DNA of 64,000 nucleotides from Basidiobolus meristosporus CBS 931.73 (lineage: Eukaryota; Fungi; Basidiobolomycota): assembly GCA_002104905.1 (NCBI GenBank), contig MCFE01000157.1, forward strand, positions 1-64,000, read 5' to 3'. The notes beneath the pieces were generated by a model. The model was given only the letters and a program-made list of their open reading frames with translations, made no database searches and was not told where the DNA came from. Positions 1 to 11,288 of this stretch are shown here, piece by piece. The position numbers and the translations under genes are program-made. Position 1 is the stretch's first letter, and each line of letters opens with the position of its first letter.

Positions 1-144
1 CCTAAACATATTCTATGTGTTTGTTTTGCCAAGATCATACAAAGGTATAAATACTACTTATACATTCAGTCAACCATTGAGTGAAGACCACATAACCTAC
101 TGGTTCTCCCAATCACTTCCAATATCTCCAAAACTCTTACAACA
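1..144 (+). mobile_element. 3' part of a Ty1/copia LTR (runs off the window start)
   Basis: Aligns by eye with the last ~140 bp of the 348-bp LTR at 32574-32921 (AAGTATAAATACTACT...CAATCACTTCCAATATCTCCAA.ACTCTTACAACA) and ends in ...TTACAACA at 144. Confidence 0.85.
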
Positions 145-901
145 GAGTTAGCAGGTAATCCTCTTCTAATTTTGAGAGTAGTAGCAGAGTGACTTTAAAT
201 AGCAGTCTTAGAGGTTTCAGCAGCTTTTGTGTAAGTAGTGGGAGCAGTAACAAGATGTTCTTGAGAAATCTTGGGTTCAGGAATGTGTTAGGAAGGTGTA
301 ATAGATTTTTGGATGTCAGAAGAAGCCGATAGGAGCTTCTGAACTTGCTTTATGAGTTGTGCATCCATGGATTGAATAACAACCGGCTATCTGCGCTGTA
401 AGGCAGTATTGTAGTTGGAATCATATAGTTTGGCACCTAGACCATTCATGCTCTGGATGCATCTGGCTAATGATTAGATGATCGAACATTGAACTAAGAT
501 TTGGCCTATGCCGCCGTATGGATAGATCCCGGGTTCAACAAGTGAACACCAGGCTTAACTGATGGAGAAAAGGTGGTTGATAGAAGCACACTCCAAAAAT
601 ACTTGTTTATTTTTTGCGCGGAAACTAGGAAGACCCCGACATTTTCGTACTTGCCCTTCCCTTCCCTTCATCCCCAAATGGGGGCCCCACCTATCCGCTC
701 GACTTCAAAAAGACCGCCTAACCGATTCCCCCAGAGGCTGGGCGATGATCGGAGCGGAGTGACCACTCGAGGAGATCTTCAGGCTGCACCAATCGTGACG
801 GAAGATGGATGGAGGCAGGTAGGGCGAGAAGTGGATCTCAAGGCAAGAATTGGGCAGAAATGGTACGAGGCGAAGTGAGTGGAGTGGAGTGAAGAGGGGA
901 T

Positions 902-1833
902 TCAGTCGATATGGTATTCCAGAATGGGGGCACCCACGTCAGAGATCTCGGGGATGGTGCACCTGAGGTCGAACGCCTTGCTGAGGACGATCTTGAAGAT
1001 TTTCTGCACATTGATGGAGTGCGAGGTGGAGCAGAAGATCAAAGGGGCCCGCATAGCTTTGGAGAACTTCCGGGCCTGGTGGGGGATGGTTAGTCCGCAA
1101 GATCAGAGGGGAACGGACGGGATGGCTTACCTGTCTGGTCACCTCTTCCTGCTCCTCCGGCGGGCATTCAGCGAATTGATCGTATTTGGTACCCACTAGT
1201 ATCGGTATAGCAGTCTGGTGGGGAGCACGGTGCAAGTGGGAGTGGGGTGGGGTGGTCAGCACCAGAGTAAAATAGGTAGTTGTATCAAGGGTACCTTGTT
1301 GAATCCTCTTGCTTGACGATACCATTCTTTGATACTGTTGAGAGTGGATTTCCGGGACAGGTCGAACAGGAAGAGGATCGCCACGGCGTCGTTACAAACC
1401 AAGGGAAGCATATTGATGAACTCCCGTTGACCTACATAAGAGGGAAGGGGAGGGGAAGAGGTTCAGTACACGATCAACCCTAAGCCCTCGAAATTTACCA
1501 CTCTACCGCCAAGGTCCCAAAGGCTGAACGTGATCTCGGTGTTCCGGATGTGGATTGTTTTCTCCATGAAGTTCACCCCTGCAATGCAACTGTTCAATGG
1601 GAGGGGTTCGATAGCAAAAGAAACTGGAGGGGTAAAGCAGTACCTAACGTCTGGATGTAATCCTCGTCGAACGCCCCTTCCACGTACTTGACCATCAGGC
1701 TGGTTTTGCCTATTTGAGCGTCGCCCACCAGGCCGACCTTGACGACCACACTAGAGGGCAAGGGTGGTTAGTGACTAAGAAACCCCTCAACTGCGCCATC
1801 TTACCTGTTCTTTTTTTGCGCCTCAGCCTCCAT
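902..1833 (-). CDS. TEM1/spg1: Septation/mitotic-exit small GTPase (Spg1/Tem1 family), 5 exons
   Basis: Spliced translation [129 protein letters not shown]...[53 protein letters not shown]. GT-AG introns; missed by the ORF track. Confidence 0.95.
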
Positions 1834-2341
1834 TCTAGGTACTCAGTTGGGTGTTCAATGGGGAGCTTTACTGAAAGGAACTGCTACAACAGCATAAGTG
1901 GCGTCCGGGTGGTGAAGCATCCAAGGAGATATATAGGAATCAATCGATCGTTTCACAGTGGAACGTAATGTATGACAAGCCAACATCATTGAAGAATGGA
2001 TCCATGAATGGACGGGTGGGGTGCGTGGATCCATCTGCATGGAATGTTGACGGGGTGGTGGTGGTGCTAATCCGAGACGGAGATTTCCCCTTGGCTACAT
2101 AGAGTGCCTTTGCCAAGCATGCATGATGAATCCACTGATTCACTCAGCTGAGACAATTCCTGACTGGTCGGCTGAAATGGATGTGGCGATGACTGGCTCC
2201 AGCTCGGTTGACTCTTGGGCCGTGGAGCTTGAATGCCCCAAGGTGAGCTGTAACTTCTTGCTGACTGGTACGGTTGATGGTCTGATTGCCAGGCTATAAA
2301 AGCCGAGTCGCTCATCCCCCAATCCCCCAGTTATCAGCAAT

Positions 2342-3358
2342 ATGGAAGCATTAGGTCAAGTATTAAATGGATTCGTGGACAATTTTCAACCAGCAATCCA
2401 CAGCCATGTAGACACGAATGTGCGGGAGACCAAGCAAGAACTGGTGGCGAAGTTACCTCCAGCCATCCAAGGGATCCTTGGTGGAGGTGGTGGTGCGGAC
2501 GCAGGGACCCGAGACGTCCAGGACCGGGGATTCCTAGACAACATGATGCAAAAGGTGACCTCCACGGTGGGGAATGTGTTCGAGAATCTCGAACAGAAGC
2601 TTGCCCAGATCTCCCAAGACCAGGTCGATAGGGCGTCTACTGGGACCGTGGACTATCTCACCAACTCGATCGTCACCGAGTGCAAACAAACCATCTCCAA
2701 CAAACTAGGGGGCGCCGGCACCAAGGAAGCGAGTCGGGAGATCGGAGGGGAGGGCGAGAAGGACCGTGCGTTGAACGCGGAATTTCTTCAGCAAGGCCGT
2801 CAATCGGTCATCAACCTGGCGCTGGAGCGGGTACGTCCCCACGTCCACCAGGCCGGGCAAGATATCTACAACAAGCTGACCGAGAACATGCCAGGGGCGG
2901 TTCGCGATGCCCTGAACCCAGTGGGTGGGTCGGCCTCCCGAGGAATTCTGGATCAGGGGCTGGGTCAAATCCTCGAAAAGGTCAAGGCAGTTGTCCAGCA
3001 GGTGGCGGGTAACATCATGCCAGTGTTCGAGAACTCCATCATGCAGAATATCGAGCGGGAGTTGAATCAGAAAGTCCCCACGCAGGACATGGTGGTGAAT
3101 ATCATTCAGCAATTCGCCTCAGGCGTTAATATTGGCGGGTTCAACCTTGGAAACGTAGTCGGCTCCATCCTGGGCGGCGGCCATGGCCAGAACCAGGCTC
3201 AAGCTCAGGTCCCCAATAATCCGAATGGTGGGGGATTCGAGCAGGCCGGGAACAACCAGCCAAGCGGCGGATACAACCAACAACCGGCGAATAACCAGTC
3301 TAGTAACTTTGGGAATATGTTGGGTGGTCTGATCAATAATCTGTCAGGGCAGCATTGA
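2342..3358 (+). CDS. Hypothetical 338-aa protein: duplicated amphipathic-helix module plus G/Q/N-rich low-complexity C-terminus
   Basis: Long intronless ORF with coding-like codon usage; TATAAAA about 45 bp upstream; RG[FI]LD motif occurs twice; no recognisable family. Confidence 0.75.
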   Translation: MEALGQVLNGFVDNFQPAIHSHVDTNVRETKQELVAKLPPAIQGILGGGGGADAGTRDVQDRGFLDNMMQKVTSTVGNVFENLEQKLAQISQDQVDRASTGTVDYLTNSIVTECKQTISNKLGGAGTKEASREIGGEGEKDRALNAEFLQQGRQSVINLALERVRPHVHQAGQDIYNKLTENMPGAVRDALNPVGGSASRGILDQGLGQILEKVKAVVQQVAGNIMPVFENSIMQNIERELNQKVPTQDMVVNIIQQFASGVNIGGFNLGNVVGSILGGGHGQNQAQAQVPNNPNGGGFEQAGNNQPSGGYNQQPANNQSSNFGNMLGGLINNLSGQH

Positions 3359-3448
3359 TGTTAACATAGGGCTTTATTTGTACTAGTATTCTAAGGTTTT
3401 TATAAATACGAGGAAACTGTAATATTGAAAAATCCTTTAAAAATCACG

Positions 3449-4331
3449 TTAATCACAGCCATCGTCACATTTGTTGGATTCTTCTTCTTCTTCATCGCAG
3501 TCTTCGGATGGTTCCGGCTCACAGCCATCATCACAGGACTTCTCTTCCTTCTCGTTGCATCCATCGTCACACTCGGAGGAATCCTCCTCATCTTCTTTGT
3601 CACAACCATCATCACAGGATTTCTCCTCGTGACAACCACCGTCACATTCTGAGGAATCTTCATCTTCCTTGTCACAACCATCGTCACAAGATTTCTCCTC
3701 GTGGCAATCCCCGTCACATTCTGAGGAATCGTCTTCCTCGTCCTTATCACAACCATCGTCACATTTGGACTCTTCCTCTTTTTCATCGCAACCGTCGTCA
3801 CAACCAGACGAGTCATCCTCATGATCATCATCTTTGTCGCACCCATCATCACACCCGGATGACTCCTTCTCCTCCTCAGCGTCGTCTTCGCAGTCAGAAT
3901 CGTTGCCGTCCTCCTCATCATCATTATCATCCTTCCCACATCCATCCATCACAGGCAGAAGTATCCTTTTCGTCCTCCTCATCCGGTTCACACTCCTCCT
4001 CCACCTCCTTCTCATCCTCCTTTCCACCTTTGTCACAGTCCTCGGAACACTTGCTGGAGGTATCCTTCACCACGGAGGTGGTAACCTTCTCCTTGACCAG
4101 GTCGGCCTCCTTCCCACCCTTATTGTAAATATCCAATTCGGCGGTATATTTCTTGGCCGTCTCCTTCTTGTAGGCAGTGTCCAGCGGGGTAGTAGAGGAC
4201 CCTTTGGTGGTGTAACCAACGTCTACGGAACTTTTCACCGAGTCCGTGCTGGACCCAGATGGATAAAGCGGGAAACTGGTCACCACCGAGCCAAACAACA
4301 GGAATTCTAGACTGAGCTGAGGAAGTCTCAT
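3449..4331 (-). CDS. Secreted Asp/Glu/Cys-rich repeat protein (CDDGC repeats) with an apparent 1-bp frameshift near 3947
   Basis: Signal-peptide-like MRLPQLSLEFLLFGSVVTS. ORFs 3927-4331 and 3449-4036 join if one G is removed from TGT GAT G GAT GGA TGT, restoring CDDGC. About 12 CxxxC (mostly CDDGC) units. Confidence 0.75.
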
Positions 4332-4582
4332 TTTTTGTTCTCAATTGGAAGTGATGAATGGAACCCGATTGAATGCAAGAATCAACGATGCGCGCTACCA
4401 GAAAAGAAGGAACTACTCGGAGGGGGGATCGAAACACTGGTCGGTTCAGCGAAGACTGAGCCTACCGGTTGAGGAACCTGAGGGCTTTATAGCGGTCGGA
4501 GGGGAGAAGGATTTTCGAGGTCCATGAAATCCGGCGTGTGCTTCGTTTCGAATCGCTGCACGTAAGGAGAATTGGTTTGGCA

Positions 4583-4620
4583 CCTGTGCCTGTGCCTGTA
4601 CCTGTACCTGTATCTGCACC
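4583..4620 (+). repeat. (CCTGTR)n hexamer microsatellite
   Basis: cctgtg cctgtg cctgta cctgta cctgta tctgca, in the intergenic region between the secreted-protein gene and the HSF gene. Confidence 0.8.
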
Positions 4621-4879
4621 CGCATCTCCACTTTGTAACAGCTCGATTTGACACTGGCTGGGATTGCCCGTGCGATTTGAAACCATGAAATGTTGGACAG
4701 AGATTGGAATGGCTATTGAGGTGGGATTTATTATCTTGGGTGAGAGAGCATCGGTCAATGTTACATGGCAGGGGAAAGGGAAGAGAAGGGAGAAGGGGAG
4801 GGGAGGAAAACAAACCACCCCAAAAAGAACTGGCACTGACAAACATAAAGATACGTGGGGGGAAATGAAGAAATCTAAA

Positions 4880-6214
4880 TTAAATATCGAATAGAGCGTC
4901 CCCGTCGCCGGCATAGTCGGAGTTCCGGAAGTTGCCCTGAGGGCTGGAACTGTAAATCGGACTGTTGATATCATCATCCGAGACCAGGTTCCCCATGGGC
5001 GAGCCGGGCATCGGCGAGGGTGGGAGGGGCGTGTTCACCGCCTGGTTGTAGTTCTGTAAGGAGACCGGGGAGAGCGGGGACTGCATCATATTCCCGTTGT
5101 TCCCGTTATTCAGGTAGTTGGGGTCCACCTGTATCTGGAGTCCGTTCCGGTTGTAGGAGGACATGCTGGGCTGCGGAGAGAAACTGTTGGTCTGGTTCAT
5201 GTTGTTGAAACGCTGATTGGCAAACTGTAGGTTGTTGAAGGCGTTGTTGGCACCGTCGGGAGTAGTGATGTAGATGGGCGGCCGGTCGTTCTCCGACTTC
5301 AGCTGCAGGTTGTCCAAGTTTAGCTCGGGTGGGAGTGCTAAGGAGGTAGGTGTTCTGGTTAGTATACTCTTGCGGGAACCACAGCCAGGGAAGATGCTTA
5401 CGTGATCCGGGGGCTGGGCTCTGTTGCTGAATATAATCGAACATGTTCTTCATCATTTGCTGTTGTACATCTTGCTTCCGTTTGGTCTCTGACAATTCTC
5501 TGACCACCTCGGTAAGATTCTGCTGGAGATTAGCCAGCTGCTGCATCATATCCGATTGGGCCACCTGCATCATGGTGATATGTGCATGGAGGTCACCAGT
5601 TTCACGACGTAGGGTTTCGGACTCCATGGACTTCCGCTTGATGTCGTCCAAGAGGTCGGGGCGACCTCTCAAAAACTTCGGGTGCGAGAACTCCCAGATC
5701 TGGTTTTCGGCGAGCGTGCGGTGCCCCCTTGGAGACTTGTTCACCTTGTGAAAACCGTACCTAGAGGGGTTGGAAAGCGTGAGCCGCGGTTCAAGGATTC
5801 GAGGGGGGATGAGGGGGAAATTCACTCACATGTTCAGCTGTCGTACGAAGCTGGAGAAATTATTGTGTTTAAAATGCTTGGGTAAAACCTCTCTAGAGAA
5901 TTCCACTATGTTACAAACGATGAAAGAGGTGCCGGAATAGTTCCACGAGATCAAGTGCTGGTACTGCTTGTCCTCAACCATCCTATTGGAGGAGAAGCTT
6001 GTTTAGTAGGGAAGATAGGTGGTTGGTAGTTAAGAACCGTGTGATGGTACCCGTGTAGTTTATGAACAAAGGTGTTGTTCATGATTTTGACATTGGGGGA
6101 GGAAGGAGATTTGCTACCGGCCGGATTAGGCGAAGGGGGAAGAGATGCTATTTGATCGGGGGCAAATTGTGGGATCTGGAAGTTTGGCGATTGAGCTTGT
6201 AGGAGCGGGTTCAT
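4880..6214 (-). CDS. HSF-type DNA-binding transcription factor (winged-helix DBD, coiled coil, Ser/Pro/Asn-rich tail), 4 exons
   Basis: Spliced DBD: TFVHKLHGMVEDKQYQHLISWNYSGTSFIVCNIVEFSREVLPKHFKHNNFSSFVRQLNMYGFHKVNKSPRGHRTLAENQIWEFSHPKFLRGRPDLLDDIKRK, followed by a heptad region (QSDMMQQLANLQQNLTEVVRELSETKRKQ). No receiver domain seen. Confidence 0.92.
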
Positions 6215-7076
6215 TTTGACGCGTCAAAAATGGGGAACAGGACAGATCAGGTGAATAGAAGGTTGGGCTTAGAGTAAACGACACGTTCCCAAGAGTGCAG
6301 GCGCTGGAGAACAGGTCAGCTAAAAAAGGATAAACAGAGGACGGTGTAGTGGTAGTAGTGGTGGTAGTGGTAGTGGTAGAGTTAGAAAGAGGATAAGTGG
6401 GAAAAGGAAGAACGGATGAAATCAGTGACTTGTAACCTATCAAGAAAATGGGCCAATGATCAATGCTTCTATTACCATATGGAGATCTCTCACTTGGCGT
6501 TTCTGATACTAGAACCAATTATGGGAAGATAAGAGATCCAGGGTTGCTGCATTGTCTGTAGCAAAAGTCAAATGCCAAAATGCCAGCTTTAGGCAGCGCA
6601 TGAGGGTTTTCTCCGAGACAGAACTGACTCATTTGTTAGAGGGTTTCCACCTCAAGCCATCTGTCAGAGATCTGTTTAAATGGTCATATGAGCGTAGGTA
6701 TGGATATATACTTGCTGTAGTGGCTGAAGTAGATTTGTTCTCAATCCAGTAAGGTTTACCCTGCCTCCCTATCTTATATGCTGTAAACGCAACACGCTCT
6801 ACTAGTATTATGCCTAAATGGTGGGTGGGGTAGCAAAGTAGGTATCAGGTGGGTAGCCAGGTGGGTAGCTAGATCCTAAGATTTATCGCTTTTTGGCCCA
6901 AACCACCAGGATAATTCCGGCTCACTAATCTTTGATTATCTCGTGTTTAACTTGGTCAAGACTAAACGAGATGTGTGAAATCTGATCAAGATGTCCGCTC
7001 ACATATTCAAGCGCAAGTCGGTATTCAACCTCATAAGCGGCAGCCCTCTCTTATCCATAGATTAGAAGTTCTCCTC

Positions 7077-7654
7077 ATGCTCAAACCAAAGGTAGTAAGC
7101 CAAGTGCTTCGTCAGGCAACCACGGGTGGCGTGGAGGCTACTCTGTAAGAAGAACTTCATTTCTTCCAACTGTCCACATCAATTAACGTTCACCATGCTT
7201 TCCACCTTGTCCGATAGATTACTCAACTCCGAAGGCTCCTTGCTGGCCTTTGCGGCAAATAGCGACAGAGAGGCTAAGATATATGCAGCCATCGCCTCGA
7301 ATGTATGGTCCACCTACGAAAGATGCGGTAAAACCATCTATCAAAATGAAGAGTTGAAATTAATGCTCATGGAATGCGAGGTCAGTGGCCCCTTAGCGCA
7401 CACAAGTCGAGTCAAAAAACCCAACTGACACCTCTCTCACAGGAAGGAAAGGTCGCCATCACCACCGTGAGCAACATGGTGCTATGTTTGGTAGGACAGG
7501 GATCTATCGAGTTTGGTCTCTTACGTGCCAAGGTGACCTCGGAATTCTTTTTGGGCTGGTCGACAAGTAACTGACCCTGTTCTTTCTATAGGCAAACGCT
7601 TTGATTAAACATCTTGAAGAGCCCTTAGGGCGGGTCAACTACCAAACCGCCTGA
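7077..7654 (+). CDS. LAMTOR2: Ragulator subunit LAMTOR2 (Roadblock/LC7 fold), 4 exons
   Basis: Spliced translation MLKPKVVSQVLRQATTGGVEATL-LLNSEGSLLAFAANSDREAKIYAAIASNVWSTYERCGKTIYQNEELKLMLMECE-EGKVAITTVSNMVLCLVGQGSIEFGLLRAK-ANALIKHLEEPLGRVNYQTA* matches the LAMTOR2/p14 pattern; three GT-AG introns. Confidence 0.93.
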
Positions 7655-7891
7655 TCCCATATTGAATGAATAAACATAGTATTATCCAAAATATCTTGTG
7701 GCAGTTCTAGTGTTCGCCCGGAGAATAAGGCTATTCATCCGGCTGAAGGAATTATTTGACTGGGATGGGTTTTTAGTGTTTACAAGATTTTCAATAATTA
7801 TACTTATATGTTGATAAATTAAGAATTTATTGGGATGATGTTCAATACAGTGAATGATGTTAACGCTCTTATGGAACAACGTTGTATGAAT

Positions 7892-8929
7892 TTAAGCTCT
7901 GTAACCGAAGACGCGGAGACGCTTGAAGCCACCATCGGGGTGGAGGGTAGCACGGACGTGGGTGAAGACCTTGTCCTTAGGGGTCAAGTCCCATTCGTGC
8001 TCAGTGTCAGCAGCAGTCTTTTGCTTAGGGGAGATGGTGGTCCAGAAAGCCTCGTCCTTGGAAGCAGGGTCGTTCTCGGGGTTCTCCTCTTGGGAGTTGC
8101 AGGCCTCCAAAGAAGCTTGAGCAGGGAAGTTACCACGGAAATGAAGGGTATCGAAGACGGACTTCTCGAGGCGACCAGGGGCACCGAGTTTGACGATGAC
8201 ATAGTCGACGTGTCCGGGAGTACGGGAGCGCTTGGTTTCCCAACCGTCACCCATGTTCTCACCACGAGTGGGGAGGATTACGTTGGAAGCAGGGGAGAAG
8301 TGCTCGTTGGAGGAGTGAACAACGCGAGCACCGTTACCGACATAGGCCAAGTCAATGAGCTCGTTTTTGTCCTCAGGGAACAAGGGAACAATGGTACCGT
8401 AGACGCGGAAACGGGCAATACCACCATCGGGGTATTGGTTGATGCGAACGAAGTTGTAGGGGGTGTTATCGGGGTTGTTAAGTTGGAAGAAGTGCTTAGA
8501 GGTGGGGTTCAATTCAACCTTGGGGAGGATCTCCTTCCATTGGTAGTTGATCTCACCACCCTTTTCGAGCTCCTCCTTGGTGACGAAGGCAGCATCGACG
8601 GAGGCAACAGGGGCGTGGTTACCAGTGAAGTGAGCGGTGTCGATATCGAAACCAGCGATGGTTCCAGAGAAACCAAGTTGGATGATGGCCCAATCGTGAT
8701 CAGGGTTGTGGCGACGGGTTTCCCATCCATCGAACCAGGCACCGGTTTCAACGAACTTGTTAGCTTCGCGAACAGACGGCTTGGGGTTCAACATGTTGGA
8801 GGCAGCGGCGAAGAACTCATCGGAAACTGCGACGATCTTGGAGCCCAATTTGCAGTTAGCAAGGTCAACATAGTTGGCAAGGGGGGTGCTCTTGAAATCG
8901 TCAATGGGGAGTTGGGTGTAGGAAGCCAT
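7892..8929 (-). CDS. DAL2: Allantoicase
   Basis: Two allantoicase repeats: SDEFFAAASNMLNP...DGWETRRHNPDHDWAIIQLG...YPDGGIARFRVYG and SNEHFSPASNVILP...DGWETKRSRTPGHVDYVIVKLG...HPDGGFKRLRVFG. Confidence 0.97.
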   Translation of the reverse strand: MASYTQLPIDDFKSTPLANYVDLANCKLGSKIVAVSDEFFAAASNMLNPKPSVREANKFVETGAWFDGWETRRHNPDHDWAIIQLGFSGTIAGFDIDTAHFTGNHAPVASVDAAFVTKEELEKGGEINYQWKEILPKVELNPTSKHFFQLNNPDNTPYNFVRINQYPDGGIARFRVYGTIVPLFPEDKNELIDLAYVGNGARVVHSSNEHFSPASNVILPTRGENMGDGWETKRSRTPGHVDYVIVKLGAPGRLEKSVFDTLHFRGNFPAQASLEACNSQEENPENDPASKDEAFWTTISPKQKTAADTEHEWDLTPKDKVFTHVRATLHPDGGFKRLRVFGYRA

Positions 8930-9617
8930 TTTAAAGTTGGTCTAGTTGAAAGGATTGAACCTGACCATTGTCGAGCCATCCGTGTCCTTTTTATAGGCTT
9001 ATTGTTAAAGAGAGGGTGTATAGGTGGCCGTTACACACTCATCTCTATATCATAGATGTAACCTAATCCTGATTATCACCATCTGCGGACTGTTTATGTG
9101 AATTATGTGAAAATCTCCAAGATAATCTGAACGTTGATCAAGCAACATTTAAGCATCATTTTATGTCAACTGTTAGGCAGGCTTAGACTTATTCTGCCGT
9201 AGCACGGTTCCTTGATTATGTTATATCGGGCTTACCCCAACTACCTGGATTCCACTGATTACTCATAATTACGTAGCTGTTCGGTAGCTCCATTGCTTGC
9301 ACCACCACCACGACTTGGTTAGGGTTCCTTTGGTCCGTTCCTCTACCCCTCACGCTGTGCCCACCATCAATGCCTCGGTCCCCCAGATGGAGAAAGCCAA
9401 CTGACGACCGAATCGAATCAAATGGAAAAAAATCACACTTCGCGTGTATATAGTAGATTTCTATATTTAGAGATAGATTGAATATTACAATGTCTAAGAG
9501 TGATCTTAAATGAATGGAGTGGTATATGTGGATTAGAGGGATTAGAGGGGTGTAAAGAGAAGTGAGGGGTGGCGGTTCTTTACATGAGAATTACAAGTAT
9601 TGTCGAGCTCGTGTTCT

Positions 9618-11288
9618 TTACAAGGCAATGTTGCTGGTCTCGGTAGAGGCGACCGGTTGTTCAATACCAGTCAAGCCCAGTTGGGCGTCATTCCAAATGG
9701 GCTCAATCTTTTTGGAGTCAAGGCAGCCAACACCAGCACGACCACCAGTGGCCGCCCAATCCTTGACGTACTTGAGACCGTTCTTTTCCCAGATCTCAGT
9801 AAGAGCAGTAACAAGCTTGTCGGTCATGACCTCGGTGTGACCAGGGGTAGGGGTGATACGGAGACGCTCCTCGCCGACTGGGACAGTGGGATAGTTGATG
9901 CATTGGACGTAGATGTCATAGTCGGTCAACAATTGGTCGCTAGCTTTCTTGCAGAGCTCGGCATCGCCCACCAAAACGGGAACAATGTGGGAGGGATTGG
10001 GAACAACTGGAATGTCCAATTGAGCAAGACGTGACTTCAACAACCGGGTATTGAGCTGCTGCATACGGCGCTCCTCTCCAGACTCCTTCAAGTATTGGAC
10101 AGCAGTCTTCGCGCCACCAGCCACAGTTGGGGGAATGGAGGTGGTGAAGATGAAACCTGGGGCGTAGGAGCGGATCATATCCACAAAGTTCGCTGATCCA
10201 GCGATGTAGCCACCAACAACACCATAAGCCTTACCAAGAGTACCGGTGAAGATGTCGATTCTGTCCATGATGGAGCCAATTTGACGCTCGTTGCTAGAAG
10301 CGTTACGCTCCCAATCGAGATGCTCGGCAACTCCGGCACCGCGTGGTCCGTACATTCCAACCGCATGCACCTCATCCAAGAAAGTGATGGCTCCATATTT
10401 GTCAGCCAAGTCACAAATCTCCTCGATCTTTCCGATGGTGCCGCTCATGGAGTACACACTCTCAAATGCGATGATCTTGGGACAATCGGGATCAACAGAT
10501 TGGAGAAGCTGCTCGAGATGCTCCATATCATTGTGTCTGAAGATCTTCTTCTGGGCCTTTGAGTGGCGGATACCTTCGATCATGGAGGCGTGGTTGAGAG
10601 AGTCCGAAAAGATCACGCATCCGGGGAGCTTGGTGCCAAGAGTGCTTAGTGTGGCGTCGTTGGCGACGTAGCAAGAAGAGAACACAAGGGCGGAGTCTTT
10701 GCGATGAAGATCGGCCAATTCGGTCTCGAGGCTCAAATGAAGGGCAGCGTTACCAGCAATGTTTCTGGTGCCACCAGCTCCAGCACCATACATGTCGATA
10801 GTACTCTTCATGTTCTCCATGACAACGGGGCTTCTGCTCATGCCCAAATAGTCGTTACTGCACCAAACAGTCACTCTGGCATCGAAATCGGCGGTATGCG
10901 CCTTAGGGTATTCCTTGGCGATACGGTTAATGTTGTTGAAGTAGCGATAGCTCTTGTCCTTGTGCTTCTTCTCTAACTGGTCAACGTAGAAAGACTCGTA
11001 GTCAAAGGCGCCGGAGGGCTTCTCAACAACAGGAGCGACCGACTGAGGGGCTTGGAACATGTCCTTGGTATCATTGGAGCTGATAACCGAGGCAGAGTGA
11101 GGGTTGGTGGGGGTACTCTGATAGGCACGGGCAGTGGTCGAGAAAGGAGCAACGTGTTTAGCCGAGATAGCCTTGGCGAGGGGGCGGGATTGGCTAGCAA
11201 CGGAGTTTGAAACGCTTCTTAAGGCATTGAGCGAGGAGTTCTTCAATGATGGATAGGACTTGGTCACTTGTCTTAGAAGGCTTTCCAT
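9618..11288 (-). CDS. HEM1: 5-aminolevulinate synthase, mitochondrial
   Basis: [73 protein letters not shown] (PLP lysine), [22 protein letters not shown]. Confidence 0.98.
   Translation of the reverse strand: MESLLRQVTKSYPSLKNSSLNALRSVSNSVASQSRPLAKAISAKHVAPFSTTARAYQSTPTNPHSASVISSNDTKDMFQAPQSVAPVVEKPSGAFDYESFYVDQLEKKHKDKSYRYFNNINRIAKEYPKAHTADFDARVTVWCSNDYLGMSRSPVVMENMKSTIDMYGAGAGGTRNIAGNAALHLSLETELADLHRKDSALVFSSCYVANDATLSTLGTKLPGCVIFSDSLNHASMIEGIRHSKAQKKIFRHNDMEHLEQLLQSVDPDCPKIIAFESVYSMSGTIGKIEEICDLADKYGAITFLDEVHAVGMYGPRGAGVAEHLDWERNASSNERQIGSIMDRIDIFTGTLGKAYGVVGGYIAGSANFVDMIRSYAPGFIFTTSIPPTVAGGAKTAVQYLKESGEERRMQQLNTRLLKSRLAQLDIPVVPNPSHIVPVLVGDAELCKKASDQLLTDYDIYVQCINYPTVPVGEERLRITPTPGHTEVMTDKLVTALTEIWEKNGLKYVKDWAATGGRAGVGCLDSKKIEPIWNDAQLGLTGIEQPVASTETSNIAL

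Noticed and set aside
145-520. LINE ORF1-like remnant (minus-strand ...PTTYTKAAET...)
   Set aside because: CpG-poor and probably TE-derived, but one weak motif cannot support a family call.
7835-9055. 406-aa ORF antisense to allantoicase (also 9600-10034, 3508-4128, 3834-4310 and the many myosin/PPR antisense ORFs)
   Set aside because: Shadow ORFs produced by the biased codon usage or low complexity of the real gene on the other strand; no independent motifs.
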